Shown here in pieces: positions 23,028 through 34,800 of a DNA stretch of 64,000 bases. Positions within the stretch are counted from its first letter, which is position 1. Each line of letters opens with the position of its first letter. The notes beneath the pieces were generated by a model, which searched no databases, was not told where the DNA came from, and worked only from the letters and a program-made list of their open reading frames with translations. The position numbers were made by a program, and so were the translations under genes. Source of the DNA: Andalucia godoyi And28. Lineage: Eukaryota; Protista; Jakobida. The stretch is from NCBI GenBank assembly GCA_009859145.1, contig VRVR01000027.1, positions 131,409 through 195,408 on the forward strand, given 5' to 3'.

Positions 23028-26000
23028 ATGGACTTTGACAACTTTGAACGTGATTCTGACTTCCAGGACACGGATTTGCAAGATGACCGTCTCGAAGGAT
23101 CCAACACGAATTCAGCCACTGTATTCCACCGCATCGGGAAACATGCGTTGCCTTTTGATCCAAGAACAACCGCGGGTGTCTTGGTTGGTGCGTCGCTCGT
23201 TCAGTTCATCATTCTCGCGATGAAGCCCTTGTGGAACTCGTCTGCGCTGACGGGCTCCCCGACCGACACTGCTCTCTCCGTGATGTTTTCGGTTGTGCAA
23301 CCAGACTTGCTTCTTCCCACTGCCAATCTCCAGCTGTTGTGGACCCTCGTTGGCGGTCTCCTCTTCACGGTTCTTTGCGGTTTCTACATCTGGAACGTCA
23401 CCGGGCTCCTGCGAAACCACGAATCCGTCGTGTTTGGTCTCAAGTGGTTGAATCTGGTGTCCTGGATCATGCATTCAGTATTTGCAATCCCGGGGTACAT
23501 GTTGTTCTTGCGGTCTGTCACCTGTCACCTGGATTCCGCATTCGATGCGGTGTGCTGGTCCTCCTCGTTCTCCATTGCGACCCAGATGTTTTCTGCGTTG
23601 TCTCTTGTCCTGCTGACCACCACGGATATCATCCATTCATTCTTGTTCATCCAGACCCGGTTCAACGAAACCACGGCGCCGTTCGCACACAATGACATCT
23701 TTTCTGTCGGAGGCTTTTGTGTCGCTCGTTTGGTCTGCTGTGTGTTGTATGTGTTCTGTGCAGCATACCCCAAGGACTCCGCCGCGTGGCTGCCTTCTTG
23801 CTTTCAGGTCCTGGTCTGTTTTTATTTCGGGAAACTGTTCCACGTTCGGCTTCCCATGCTGTACCTGAAGGCTAACTTCTTGTACTCAATTGGGCTGTGG
23901 ACAGCCGGGGGTATTTCCTTGACAGCATTCCTGTTTTCGGCATTTTCTTCGTCCAGCAGCCGCTCAAGCTGGGCATTTGGATTCTTGTTTTCCATCGTCA
24001 TTTTTCCTGCCGGGGCTACATACTTTTGGCATTCGTACGTCCAATACATTCGAAAGCTGTTGGATTCTTGTAGCCTGAAGAATCCAGGTGCTTCTTACCG
24101 CAAGAACCGCGTTTTGCCCGAGGAAGCCAAGATGGCGGCTGCAGGTTCCTCCAGTTTGGTCAACGAAGAAGATGATGTTTCTGAAGCTGATTCGACCCAA
24201 TCATCTCTTGGCGCAGGTGCAAGCAACTTTTCAGGTGTCAATAGCGGAACAACAAACCCAACCGCAGTCGGCCTGTTTGCTGCCAAGTTCCACGATTTCT
24301 TTACGCTGGAGCGGGCATGCCGCGTTGCTGTTGCGCAGGATCCTTATGTCCACGCCATGTGCCGCCACATGCTGCAAGCCGAACTGAGGCGATCCACCTA
24401 TCCCACCCCTGTGTTTCTGCACTATGCGTTGTTCTTGATGAATTACTGTCCCCATGAACGATCGTCCCTGTTCAATGTGATGACGGACATTGAAAGACAA
24501 GGCCTTTCGAAGTGGTGGCATCTCTTGCTGTTCAATGCTGCCCGTTATGATTTGAGAATTTCCATGCTCTCGGGATTCTCGGAGGAATCGCGCGAAATTT
24601 CCGTGCAGCTCAAAGTCGTGCAAAAGGGAAGACGCATTCTCGAGTGTCTCGTGCTTCGCTTCTTTCGGGATATTGCGAAAAACAAGGTTTCTCCAGAATC
24701 CATGATCGGTCTTTCGAGCGTCATTTTCAATCGAACTGAGCTGCTGCGATTGCAGCTTCGAACACTAACAGAACGATTCCCGCGGTCCGCTGCAGTCCTG
24801 CGAGAGTATGCATTGTTCACGCTTAATATCCTTCGCGATTCTGTCCGAGCCGAAGAATTATTGGAAATGGCAGAACAATATGAGTGTGAAAACGACACAC
24901 GGCAGGATAAAGATTCGGGATGCAAGGGGGATGATCTGAACAGCCAGTTTGCTTCATCGCCAGTAACCAAGCCCGTTCCAAACCCACATCTGGATGCAAA
25001 CTGTGGAACACGGAAAGTAGATGATGCTTCGCGAAGAGTGCGCATGGTAGAGGCAAGACAGCAAGATCTGAGTACAGACTCGAACGACATGTCCCATTCA
25101 ATCACCACGTTGGGAATCCTGGAAAAGAATAGTTTTGCAAAGAATTTACCTGTGCAATCGGGCTCGAATCGTCGTCGCCGTCTCTCAACGTTGGAAGCGG
25201 ACAGCCCAGCAATTCAAGATGGTGGTAAGTTGCCCATATTCTCGGATACCGAGTCAGATTCGCGACGCCTGTACGATGAAGATGTGGAGAAACTGTCCTC
25301 TCACGGTGGATCTTCGGCTGTTTCATCAACAAAGGATGCGTCGCTTCGGGAGAAAGTACAGAAGTATCGGTCACGATCAGTGTGGTTGATGATAACCGCG
25401 ATGTCTCTTACTGTCTTCATTTTGGTCGTGATGATGTCCGTTGCTTTTGGATTGATCTATAGCCTCATCAACAAGCTGGATTCTAGTGTGACGGAGGTAT
25501 ACAAAGCAGCTCAGTTGAATCAACTCGGCCAGACGTTCGGTATGAGGTCCACGCTGATGTTCGCACAAACAAACTTTGGTCTGAATGACTCCTATGCCAC
25601 GACTTCCACCTTGCAGGCAAATCTCCTGAATCTCGCACCGTCGCTTCTGGACGATTTGGTTGTGAAGAATCCACCTGTTGATAATCCCACGCTCTTGAGA
25701 TTGTGGAAAGAAGAAACCGTGATTCTTACTGGGGATGACTTTCGTCGTGCTCCTTTCTCGGCTTGGGATTCTCTTGTTCTTGAAATGCAAAGACTCAGGA
25801 CTGTTACCAATTTGCAGTTCCCTTCTTACGCCTTATTGAACAGTGTGGTATCGAGCACCCACCTGTTTCTAGTTCTCAACGCTGCTCCTATTGGAAATGC
25901 GTACCAGAAAATCGTTGAAGAATACATCTCGAGATTTGGGGACATTTTCCGATCACAAATGATTGTTACAAACTCTGCCATTCTCGGAGCTTCTCTTTTC

Positions 26001-28097
26001 CTGCTGTTCCTTGTTCCGATCTGCTTCCTGCTGCCCGCCATTCGTCGAATCAGAAGCGAGAGAAAGTGTTTGTATGATATTGTCGCGAGTCTGCCAAAGG
26101 CGGATGCATCGCGGACAGCTCACAACTTGGCAACACAGTTTGCGCAAGACCGAGATTCTGCAGTGATCATGGAAGACGATTCGCAATTCATCATCTCTGC
26201 GTTCCAGTCATACTCACTGCTCTGGACCCTCGCTTGCATTGTCCTCTTGCTTTCTGTACTCCTCCTCGTCGTTGTGGGATTTTCATTGGAGCAATACTTG
26301 CTTTACAACAACACAAAAGGAGTGGGCTACGAGATCCTTGCGCCCATGGAGGTGTGGCGCATTTATGCTTCTGGAACGGACCTGGGGTGCGCAGCATTAT
26401 TCTATCCGCTTCCGGCATCTATTATGGCAAGTATCATTGCAGGTCATGGGCAGTATGCCTCGGATTTGTCGAGTGCGCTTGATCGTTACCGCTTTGGTGT
26501 TTCGAGTCGAAGCCAGGTGGGTATTTTTGATATGACGGATTCGTCTTTAAAAGACGCATTCCGTGCACCTGCTTGTGTCCCATCCACGGCAGCAGCCTGC
26601 ATGTCCCCCGAAAAAATTGCAATCGCACAGACAAATTGGTTTTCTGACCTGGGAAGGCTTCCTCTCGCAACCTTGAAAACAACATATGCAAATGCGGCCA
26701 CGCTGACCAGACTGGCAGACTGGGACAAGAGATTGTCGGAAAGTGTAATTAGCGCCTCTCAGACGCTTACACAGAACGAGATCGACATTCTCCGTGCAGT
26801 CGAAACTCGCGTGACAATTTACTATGCCGTTTCTCTGCTCGTGCTGCTTTTTGGTATGATGCTCATCATGATTCCAGTGTCGTTGCGCATTGAAAATGAA
26901 AACAGGCAAGTGTTGTTGCTGCTGACGCTGCTGCCGAAGAAGACCGTCTTTTCCAATGGTCGCTTGTTTGTCCTGCTTTCAACAGGAGAGATCATCCAAG
27001 CAAAGGAAGAAGAAACCGACGCAACGTCGCTCAATCTGTCGGAAGCTCTGACAGACGCGGTAGTGCAAGTCGACAAGAACGGCGAAGTGGAACTTGTGAA
27101 TCGCGCTGCAGAAGTGATGTTTGGTCGTCCGAGAGATCAGTTGCTTGGCCGGTCCGCGCGTACGCTGTTTGCAATTTCTAATCCTGCTGAAAAGGCAGCT
27201 GTGGATCATGTGTTCGATATTCTGAAGGCAGCAAACTCGGATCGGACGGAAGTGCAGTTGAATATGCTTCGTCATGAAGATGCGTCAGACGTTTCGTTCT
27301 CTGCAAAGCTCACTGTCTCGCTGCAAGGGGGATACCTGATTTTTGTCGTCAAGGATCGGACGGGGGAACATCGACAAGATATCGTGCTCAAGGAGGAACA
27401 GAACCGGTCTGAGGGTTTGTTGCACCACATTTTGCCAGAAGAAGTAGCCATCCAATTAAAGAACAGGAACATTGCGGCTTCGCAGACGACATCTTTGTCG
27501 AGTACCGCCACTGGTGGCGCTAGTACCACTTCGCTTATTGCAAAACGATATCCACAAGTGTCCATTTTGTTCAGCGACATCGCCGGTTTCACAGAATCCA
27601 TCAAGAATGCTTCTCCGGAGGAAGTTGTCAGTGTTCTGAATCAGCTTGTCGTCCGCTTTGATCGCATTTGCAAGAAGCACCGTGTCGAGAAAATCAAAAC
27701 AATTGGCGATGCCTTCTTTGCCATTGCCGGATTGGACAGCAGTCGGTCGGACTGTCATGCCGTCGATGCCGTCGAGTGCGGTTTAGAAATGATTGCCTCC
27801 ATTCGAGAATTTGCCCTCACAACTCCGCTGGCTGCGGAATGGAATGTCCGCGTAGGAATCAACAGTGGGCCCGTGGTTGGCGGTGTCATTGGCGAAGACA
27901 AGTTTGCCTTTGACTGCTGGTCTCCCGCCGTCAACATTGCTAGTCGCATGGAAAGCACTGGCATGTGCGGCCGCGTCCAAGTCAGCAAGTCAACTCTTGC
28001 CCTTCTAAATGAGATGTACTCTTATGAAGAACGGGAACGGGTGTTTGTCAAGGGCGTTGGAGAAGTTTCCACTGCCCTCATCATTAGAAAGAAGTAG
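23028..28097 (+). CDS. Multi-TM / TPR-like (TmcB/TmcC-like) / PAS / class III adenylate cyclase, paralog 2 (1689 aa, intronless)
   Basis: FSDIAGFT, EKIKTIGD (Lys specifies ATP), FDCWSPAVNIASRMES (Asp, Asn and Arg intact); PAS motif VNRAAEVMFG; several hydrophobic blocks. Confidence 0.92.
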   Translation: MDFDNFERDSDFQDTDLQDDRLEGSNTNSATVFHRIGKHALPFDPRTTAGVLVGASLVQFIILAMKPLWNSSALTGSPTDTALSVMFSVVQPDLLLPTANLQLLWTLVGGLLFTVLCGFYIWNVTGLLRNHESVVFGLKWLNLVSWIMHSVFAIPGYMLFLRSVTCHLDSAFDAVCWSSSFSIATQMFSALSLVLLTTTDIIHSFLFIQTRFNETTAPFAHNDIFSVGGFCVARLVCCVLYVFCAAYPKDSAAWLPSCFQVLVCFYFGKLFHVRLPMLYLKANFLYSIGLWTAGGISLTAFLFSAFSSSSSRSSWAFGFLFSIVIFPAGATYFWHSYVQYIRKLLDSCSLKNPGASYRKNRVLPEEAKMAAAGSSSLVNEEDDVSEADSTQSSLGAGASNFSGVNSGTTNPTAVGLFAAKFHDFFTLERACRVAVAQDPYVHAMCRHMLQAELRRSTYPTPVFLHYALFLMNYCPHERSSLFNVMTDIERQGLSKWWHLLLFNAARYDLRISMLSGFSEESREISVQLKVVQKGRRILECLVLRFFRDIAKNKVSPESMIGLSSVIFNRTELLRLQLRTLTERFPRSAAVLREYALFTLNILRDSVRAEELLEMAEQYECENDTRQDKDSGCKGDDLNSQFASSPVTKPVPNPHLDANCGTRKVDDASRRVRMVEARQQDLSTDSNDMSHSITTLGILEKNSFAKNLPVQSGSNRRRRLSTLEADSPAIQDGGKLPIFSDTESDSRRLYDEDVEKLSSHGGSSAVSSTKDASLREKVQKYRSRSVWLMITAMSLTVFILVVMMSVAFGLIYSLINKLDSSVTEVYKAAQLNQLGQTFGMRSTLMFAQTNFGLNDSYATTSTLQANLLNLAPSLLDDLVVKNPPVDNPTLLRLWKEETVILTGDDFRRAPFSAWDSLVLEMQRLRTVTNLQFPSYALLNSVVSSTHLFLVLNAAPIGNAYQKIVEEYISRFGDIFRSQMIVTNSAILGASLFLLFLVPICFLLPAIRRIRSERKCLYDIVASLPKADASRTAHNLATQFAQDRDSAVIMEDDSQFIISAFQSYSLLWTLACIVLLLSVLLLVVVGFSLEQYLLYNNTKGVGYEILAPMEVWRIYASGTDLGCAALFYPLPASIMASIIAGHGQYASDLSSALDRYRFGVSSRSQVGIFDMTDSSLKDAFRAPACVPSTAAACMSPEKIAIAQTNWFSDLGRLPLATLKTTYANAATLTRLADWDKRLSESVISASQTLTQNEIDILRAVETRVTIYYAVSLLVLLFGMMLIMIPVSLRIENENRQVLLLLTLLPKKTVFSNGRLFVLLSTGEIIQAKEEETDATSLNLSEALTDAVVQVDKNGEVELVNRAAEVMFGRPRDQLLGRSARTLFAISNPAEKAAVDHVFDILKAANSDRTEVQLNMLRHEDASDVSFSAKLTVSLQGGYLIFVVKDRTGEHRQDIVLKEEQNRSEGLLHHILPEEVAIQLKNRNIAASQTTSLSSTATGGASTTSLIAKRYPQVSILFSDIAGFTESIKNASPEEVVSVLNQLVVRFDRICKKHRVEKIKTIGDAFFAIAGLDSSRSDCHAVDAVECGLEMIASIREFALTTPLAAEWNVRVGINSGPVVGGVIGEDKFAFDCWSPAVNIASRMESTGMCGRVQVSKSTLALLNEMYSYEERERVFVKGVGEVSTALIIRKK

Positions 28098-28197
28098 AAC
28101 CTGTCTATTTAATGTCAAATTCGAAGTTGTTTGACGTTGTTGCTAACTGTAGAACGAATCAGTTTTGTTTTCTGTGCATCGCACTGCGTCAATTCTG

Positions 28198-28217
28198 CCC
28201 CCCCCCCCCCCCCCCCC
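28198..28217. repeat. Poly-C run (20 nt)
   Basis: Direct count, in the 3' intergenic region of cyclase 2. Confidence 0.9.
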
Positions 28218-28797
28218 GTACTGAACACAGATTTCGATTTTTGTGCGATACAATTGATGTTGCATCATTTCTGTAAACTACACTGGAGGAGCAGCGTAAC
28301 GAGATCCCGTTGAATTCACGGTTAGAAGGATTGCAGCATACTAGCGGCTTGAATGAAAAGAAAAGAAGAAGGAGCGACCAAACGGGGATTGAAAATAAGG
28401 TCATTGGTTAACTGTGGCAAAATGTTCGTTTACGTATATAAGTGACTGTACTTTTCAGAGACAAAAAGGTAACAAGGATGCGGAGTTCGATGGAAGATTT
28501 GAGACATCCACCGAAAAACCTCTCTGTTCAGCGACTCAATGAAATGCTGGAGAAGTTCGGATCGGGGCAAAATTCAAGAAACATGCCGTTGCAATTGTCT
28601 TGAATTTTCTGTTGATGTTGCTTGCCACGTTTGAACATTGCAGGTGTTTTCTCACCGGTTCTGTTTCGAAGTGCCCATTGTGCAGTGCAGCAATTATCGC
28701 TGAACGTGTCATTCCAAACTTTCAGTTCCTTGCATTCTTGACACCGGATGCGGACCAAACGCGGAATGGTGGATCTTGCAAGTCATCCAAGGTTTCG

Positions 28798-29394
28798 ATG
28801 GAGGACAAGTGCAGTGTTTCGGAGAGCCCCGTTGACCCTTCTTTCTTGCCAATTGCGGCTTCCGATTATGGATTGGGTCAACAAGAAGCACCAGTCGAGC
28901 ATGGATCAAGTGGCGTTGCTCCCAGTCCCGTTCTCGCGAAAGTGGAACGATTTTCGAAAGAACGATTCTGTCGTTTTCTGGTCTGCTGTTCGATCGTCCT
29001 GCTTGTTTGGACAGTCATTCTTGAATTGCTGGTCAACGTTACCGACACGTCCTCGTGTTCGAGTGGAACCGATGTTATTGGAATGTCTCTCAAAGAGTGG
29101 TGTGCGTGGTGCACCGTGGCCGAGGTCATGCCTGCCGTGTTTGTGATTTGTGGTTTTCTTGCTTCTCGTAATGAAATGTCCAGGTTCGTCCCGTGTTCTG
29201 TCTGCTGTGTTGTTTTCATCCCTTTGCGTTTGACTCTCGTGTCTACGGGCTTCGTCGTCGTGTTTGGCCCTTCTTTTAACTGTACTCACGATGCCCCTGC
29301 TTTCTGGTTTCTTTCTTCTTTCTACTGCGTTCTGTCCATTCCGCTCGCCACTTTTGTTCCCCTCCTAGGCGCACTGCTTCACTCTGGAGCATGA
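28798..29394 (+). CDS. Small, roughly 4-TM membrane protein
   Basis: Within ORF 28600..29394; probable ATG 28798; four hydrophobic Cys-containing segments. Confidence 0.55.
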   Translation: MEDKCSVSESPVDPSFLPIAASDYGLGQQEAPVEHGSSGVAPSPVLAKVERFSKERFCRFLVCCSIVLLVWTVILELLVNVTDTSSCSSGTDVIGMSLKEWCAWCTVAEVMPAVFVICGFLASRNEMSRFVPCSVCCVVFIPLRLTLVSTGFVVVFGPSFNCTHDAPAFWFLSSFYCVLSIPLATFVPLLGALLHSGA

Positions 29395-29608
29395 TTGCGA
29401 TGCGAGGATAGGAAGAATGGTTGGGGAAAGATTGTTATGAGCGGTCTTTGCTCAATGTAAGGAAATGCCCTGAACGTATCCCGACACGGATGTGACCACT
29501 TACAATGAAATCTGATCTGTAGAATGGAAAATTGCAACGTGGAAAAATTATGATTCATTTGCAGAATCGAAACTGTGACTTGCTTATTATCATCAAAATC
29601 GAATCCTC

Positions 29609-31610
29609 TCAGTCATGGAGTTGCTCCTGCGTTATAGAAACATCCGCAGTGGAAACCGGAGGAGCGACTACCACGTGTCTTGCGGACTGTCGAATAGTTT
29701 GTTTGTCCACAAGATTTCGATAGATACCGCTGCTATCGGCCATCAACGATTCGTGAGTTCCCTGCTGCGCAATATGGCCTTTATCCATGACGATTACGCG
29801 ATCTGCCATTTGCACAGTTGCGAGCCGATGGGCGACCATAATGACTGTTCGACCTTGGATCACACCCGCAAAAGCTTCTTGAAACGAGTGTTCAGCTTCT
29901 GCATCGAGAGCAGAAGTAGCTTCATCGAGAAGGATGACCTCGGGTTGCCGAAGAATAAGCCGAGCGATGGCGATACGTTGTTTTTGGCCGCCACTCAGTT
30001 GAACCCCTCGCGGCCCGACAACGGTATCATAACCGTCAGGCAACGAGATGATGAAATCATGAATCTGTGCTATTTTGGCCGCCTGAATGATGGACTCCGC
30101 TGAATGCTGCGACGCGTTCGACGCCGACGCACATCGGATGTTGTCAGCAATGGTTCCACTGAGAATCGTTGAATCCTGGTTCACGATGCCTATGCAAGAC
30201 CGAATGACCTTTTCGTCCATACGTGCGATATCGCTTCCATTGAACAAGATTCTGCCTGCGGATGGATTGTACAGTCTCAACAACAAATGCAGGATAGTGG
30301 ATTTTCCACCGCCCGAAGCACCGACAAGAGCAACTACTTCACCCTTTTGAACCTCGATTGACACGTCATTCAACACCGAAATGTTTGGTCTGGATGGATA
30401 CTCAAAGTGCACATGCTCCAGTACAATTTGTGGAGGAATTGATGTTTCTGAAGCGATTGATGAGGGTCGGTCGTCGGAAAGCAGATTCCCAGCCTCGGCG
30501 TCAGAGATGCAAACGTCGGTAGCCATGCCATTCTCCTCAGAGTCGCTCGACAATTGTTTTGCCAACGCAATATCCATCATGTCTTCCGCACCCCCAACGG
30601 CCCGCATGAAGTCACCGGCTTGATGAGAGAGAGCTCCAAGTGCGTGGGCAATCAAGACCGCATACAAGACAAACGATGTCAAATCTCCCACAGACAGGTG
30701 TCCATCTTTCAGTAACTTTGCTCCGTACCAGAACACCAGAACAATCGACATGTAGGAAAGCCACTCTGCGCCACCTTGGAAAATTCCCACAGCGATCGCC
30801 ATTTTCTTTCCCCACAAGTACGACACTCCAGTCGAAACATCGCACCGTTCCTGGGCCAGCGACTCTACGCAAAATGACTTGAAGAACCGAACATTCGAAA
30901 GGGCTTCCTCTGCATAGAAATTTGCAGCCGCGATGCTCGTCTGATACGACCTCGAAAGTTTGCGAACGATCATCGAGTACACAACTGCAGCGACAGCCAG
31001 AACAGGAAACACAGAACTCATCACAAGAGCCAGAGTCCAGCTGACATAGAGTAATATCGCTATTCCACCAACCGCTTGAATCGCAAATCTCACAGCCATG
31101 GGTAAATGCAGGGACGTAGCCGCTCTCAACAGCGCAGTGTCCACGGACACCATCGAGGAAAGACCACCAGGATTGGGATGGGTGTCAAAAAAGGCAACAG
31201 GCTTCGATAGAAAAGGCAGAAACCAAAAGAGATCGAACACGCGCAGTTGTGCGCTCTCCCGCGTATGCAAACAGGAATCCTCGCAGCGAAGTACACAGTG
31301 CACCAACCGAAAGTACGATCGTGAGAACACCAGCCCGCGCCCCGAGCTCGGATTCCGATTGCGCATCAATGAGAATGCCGACACTCAATGGGACATACAG
31401 GTTCACAGCCACGGAAACCAACAACGCTGCAAGACCCATGGATAGTAAATGCCACTCAGGTTTGCAAAGCAGCATGTATCTCTTGAAGAGCGAAAACGAA
31501 GATTGCAGACGAGAAGGCGGGCTCGTTCTCGGGGCAGCGCTCCCATCCTCGTCGTTGCCAGATGTCGGTGAGCTATGTGGAAAAGACCGTGGGTAGTACA
31601 GGGCCCTCAT
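29609..31610 (-). CDS. ABCB-family half transporter (TMD + NBD; TAP/ABCB10/MDL-like), frameshift at run 31211-31214
   Basis: Walker A GASGGGKST, signature LSGGQKQR, Walker B LLDEATSALD, H-loop AHRL. Removing one T joins ORFs 31185..31619 and 29609..31384 (VSAFLSKPVAFFD). Confidence 0.9.
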
Positions 31611-31886
31611 TTCGATCACTGATCATGCGAAAACGACGCAAAAAAGGACTAGGAAATTTTCAGACATTGAGTGCCGGCGTACTGTCTGACTGCAGCCCGA
31701 GTCCAGACTCCAGAGAAGTTGAGGCTAGGAAATTTCAGACGGCGGAGAATTTGTCCAGCGCGGCGGCACCATCGGGATTACCTGATATGGAAGCCCCCGT
31801 TTTTTTGTGTCAAAGCAAGACTGTCCCGGATGGGATTCGAGCGAATTCCTTTTCGGAATTGCCCGTGTTTTGCAGTTGCCAACACG

Positions 31887-34800
31887 ATGTCGGCGCTCGA
31901 AGCCGCCGAATCACAACAAAGCCTGGTGGGCGGGCGACGCGTCGTCGAACTGTCTCTCTTTCTTAACTGTTCGTCGCATTCCTTCCTTTTCCCATCGGAC
32001 GTACGGCCTTCCTCTCCACCTAAAGTCACGGCGAAAAGCTCAGCTATGGCGTCCGCATCAGCGTCGGCTCGCGTGCCAGTAGCGTTTGAAGAAATGCGGC
32101 AGTCACTGGACCTTGAAGGTCGCAGCGTCTTGCTCAGCCGAATGCAGTGGAAATTCGATACGTGCAGCGAGTGCTCCCCTGCGGGGCCCGATTCCGTCGT
32201 CACGCAGTCTTCGGCAGAGTCTGACAGCGTATCAACCGCAGCTTCCAGTCGAAAAATCGAGAAACTGCTGCGTGCACCGCAACCAAAAGACATCCTCGAG
32301 CACAAACTGTCAAATGCAGAACTGGGGCGAATCTTCCAATCAAATTTGAGCAGCTCGAATGGCGCAAAATCAGGAGGTCTGTCGGATCATGCTGTGCAAC
32401 ATCGCGCGGCACAGTTTGGTCCAAATGCACTGACTCCGCCCAAACGTCCTCCTCTTCTCTTGCAGTACTTGCGACACTGCACGGACCTGTTTTCTGTCAT
32501 GCTGCTCAGTGCAGGTGTTCTTTCGTTTGTTCTGCTGGCCCTGGATCCGACTGCGCCGATCAATGTATGGTTGGGACTAGTGTTGATTGTCGTTGTCGTC
32601 ATCAACGCGTTCATTTCGTTTGCACAGGAACGCAAGTCCTCCAGGATCATGGAGCAGTTTCAGAACATGCTGCCACAGGCATGCTCCGGCCTGCGCACTC
32701 CGAAAGGAGAGCACCGAGTTTCGGCAGTTGAACTGGTTCCTGGGGATGTTGTCCATCTCAAGGAGGGAGAGAGAGTCCCAGCAGACATTCGGATTCTGGA
32801 GAAAATGCTTGCCTTTCGTGTCGATAATGCGTCCTTAACAGGCGAGGCCGAGCCCCAGGAGCGAAATGCCGCATCCGCCCAGTCAGAGAATCCACTCGAG
32901 GCATCGAACCTTGTGTTTTACGGCACGTTCGTTGCGTCTGGCGAAGCGTATGGCATCGTTATTCGCACTGGGGATGCGACGGTGATTGGACAGCTTGCGA
33001 CGATCACGTCTCAGGAAGCGAAGCAGGCGTCAACCTTGTCCGTCGAGATTGGTCGGTTTGTGAAACGCATGGGTGTTGTTGCTACGTGCTCAGCGGTAGG
33101 TGTGTTTGTGTATGCGGTTGCCTATGGCTTCCCAATCCTGATGTCCTTCATTATTGCAATTGGCATGGTCGTGGCGTGGGTTCCACAGGGCCTACCGGCA
33201 ACGGTCACAATGCTCCTTGCTATTGCTGCTAAGAAAATGGCCGAGAAGAAGGTTCTTGTCAAGGATCTACAGGCTGTCGAAACCTTGGGCAGCATTACGT
33301 GTTTGGCGAGTGACAAGACTGGCACTCTTACGCAAAACAAGATGACGGTGACGAATCTGTGGCTCAACAAGAAGCACTACTTTGTGAGTTCAGCCATTGC
33401 TGGGCCAATGAAATCCGCGCTCTTTGACGAAGTAGAGCCAGCAATGGTGCATCTCGACGAGGAAGGTCACGGTGAGGCTTGCGAGCCGTCGCGAATTCGA
33501 CGATTTCCAGGAATGGACAGTGTGGAAAATGCGGATCTGCTCCTGCGCTCGTGCCTCATCTGTTGCCGTGCACACTTTGATCCAGTTGCCAGCGAGCTCG
33601 AGCGCTCCACTCCACTGCAGCAGCGGAAGATCCTGGGCGACGCAACGGAAACTGGTTTGTTTCGATTTGCTGTCGAGTTTCATGGGATTTACACCGGTCC
33701 CCTTCGGAAGATCTTTGAAATTCCGTTTCACTCTGACAGGAAATGGAATCTCGGAATCTACCGATCCGTGGTCCAAGAATCCTCAGCAATCAAATCTGCT
33801 GAGAATCCCGCGGCGGATGATGTTGCAAATGATCCTCCAGTATTGTTGATTAAGGGGGCTCCGGAGCGCATCTGGGAGATGTGCAGCCACTACGTCGTTG
33901 GAAGCGATCGCGTTCCCATTGGCAAAGAATGCGAGCAAATGTTTATGAATGCTTATGAACAAATTGCTGCGCGCGGTCTTCGTGTTTTGGGCTTTGCCAT
34001 GCGTGTCTTGGACGACAGCGAGGATTTCCGACATCCAGATTTCGCGTTCCGTGCAGAGCCCCCAAACTTCCCTCTCACAGGAATGACGTTTGTGGGGCTT
34101 GTGGGCTTGATGGATCCTCCCAAACCTGGAGTGCGAAAGGCGATTGCAGAGGCCACAGGTGCCGGCGTCAAGGTTATGATGGTCACCGGCGATCATCCGA
34201 TTACTGCCCAGGCTATTGCGGACGATGTTGGCATTCTTCGACATCCTGTGGTGGCCTTGCCTGATCTTCGACAGTTACCACTGTCAGAAGGTCTTTATGA
34301 TCGCGGAATTGTTCTGCATGGCTCGGTTCTGCCGCAGTTGTCTGATCGTGATTGGTTCCAAGTGTTGCAATGTCGGGACGTTGTGTTCGCGCGCACGTCG
34401 CCCAAACAGAAATTGGAAATTGTGCTTCGCTGTCAGTTGCATGGACATGTCGTCGGCGTTACCGGCGATGGTGTCAACGATTCGCCAGCGCTGAAGCGCG
34501 CCGATCTGGGAATATCCATGGGAATATCGGGTTCGGATGTCTCAAAGGAAGCAGCCGCGATGGTGTTGATGGATGATGAATTTTCCTCTGTTCTGGTTGG
34601 AATTCGTGCCGGTCGCTTGATTTTCGAGAATTTGAAGAAGTCCATTGCGTATACACTGACTCACATCATTGTCGAAGTAATTCCCATTTTCTTGAATCTG
34701 TTTCTCGGATTCCCCATCCCGATGTTGCCACTGTGCATCCTGCTTGTTGATCTGGGCACCGAATTGTTCCCTGCGGCCACCTTTGCATACCTGGACGAGG

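Noticed and set aside
28198-28217. Poly-C (and poly-G at 63865-63878) as functional G-quadruplex elements
   Set aside because: Isolated homopolymers whose lengths are unreliable in this assembly; no supporting context.
17761-31214. Euplotes-type programmed +1 frameshifting in cyclase 1 and ABCB
   Set aside because: The shift sites are not followed by an in-frame stop, share no motif, and other genes need -1 corrections; indel error is more parsimonious.
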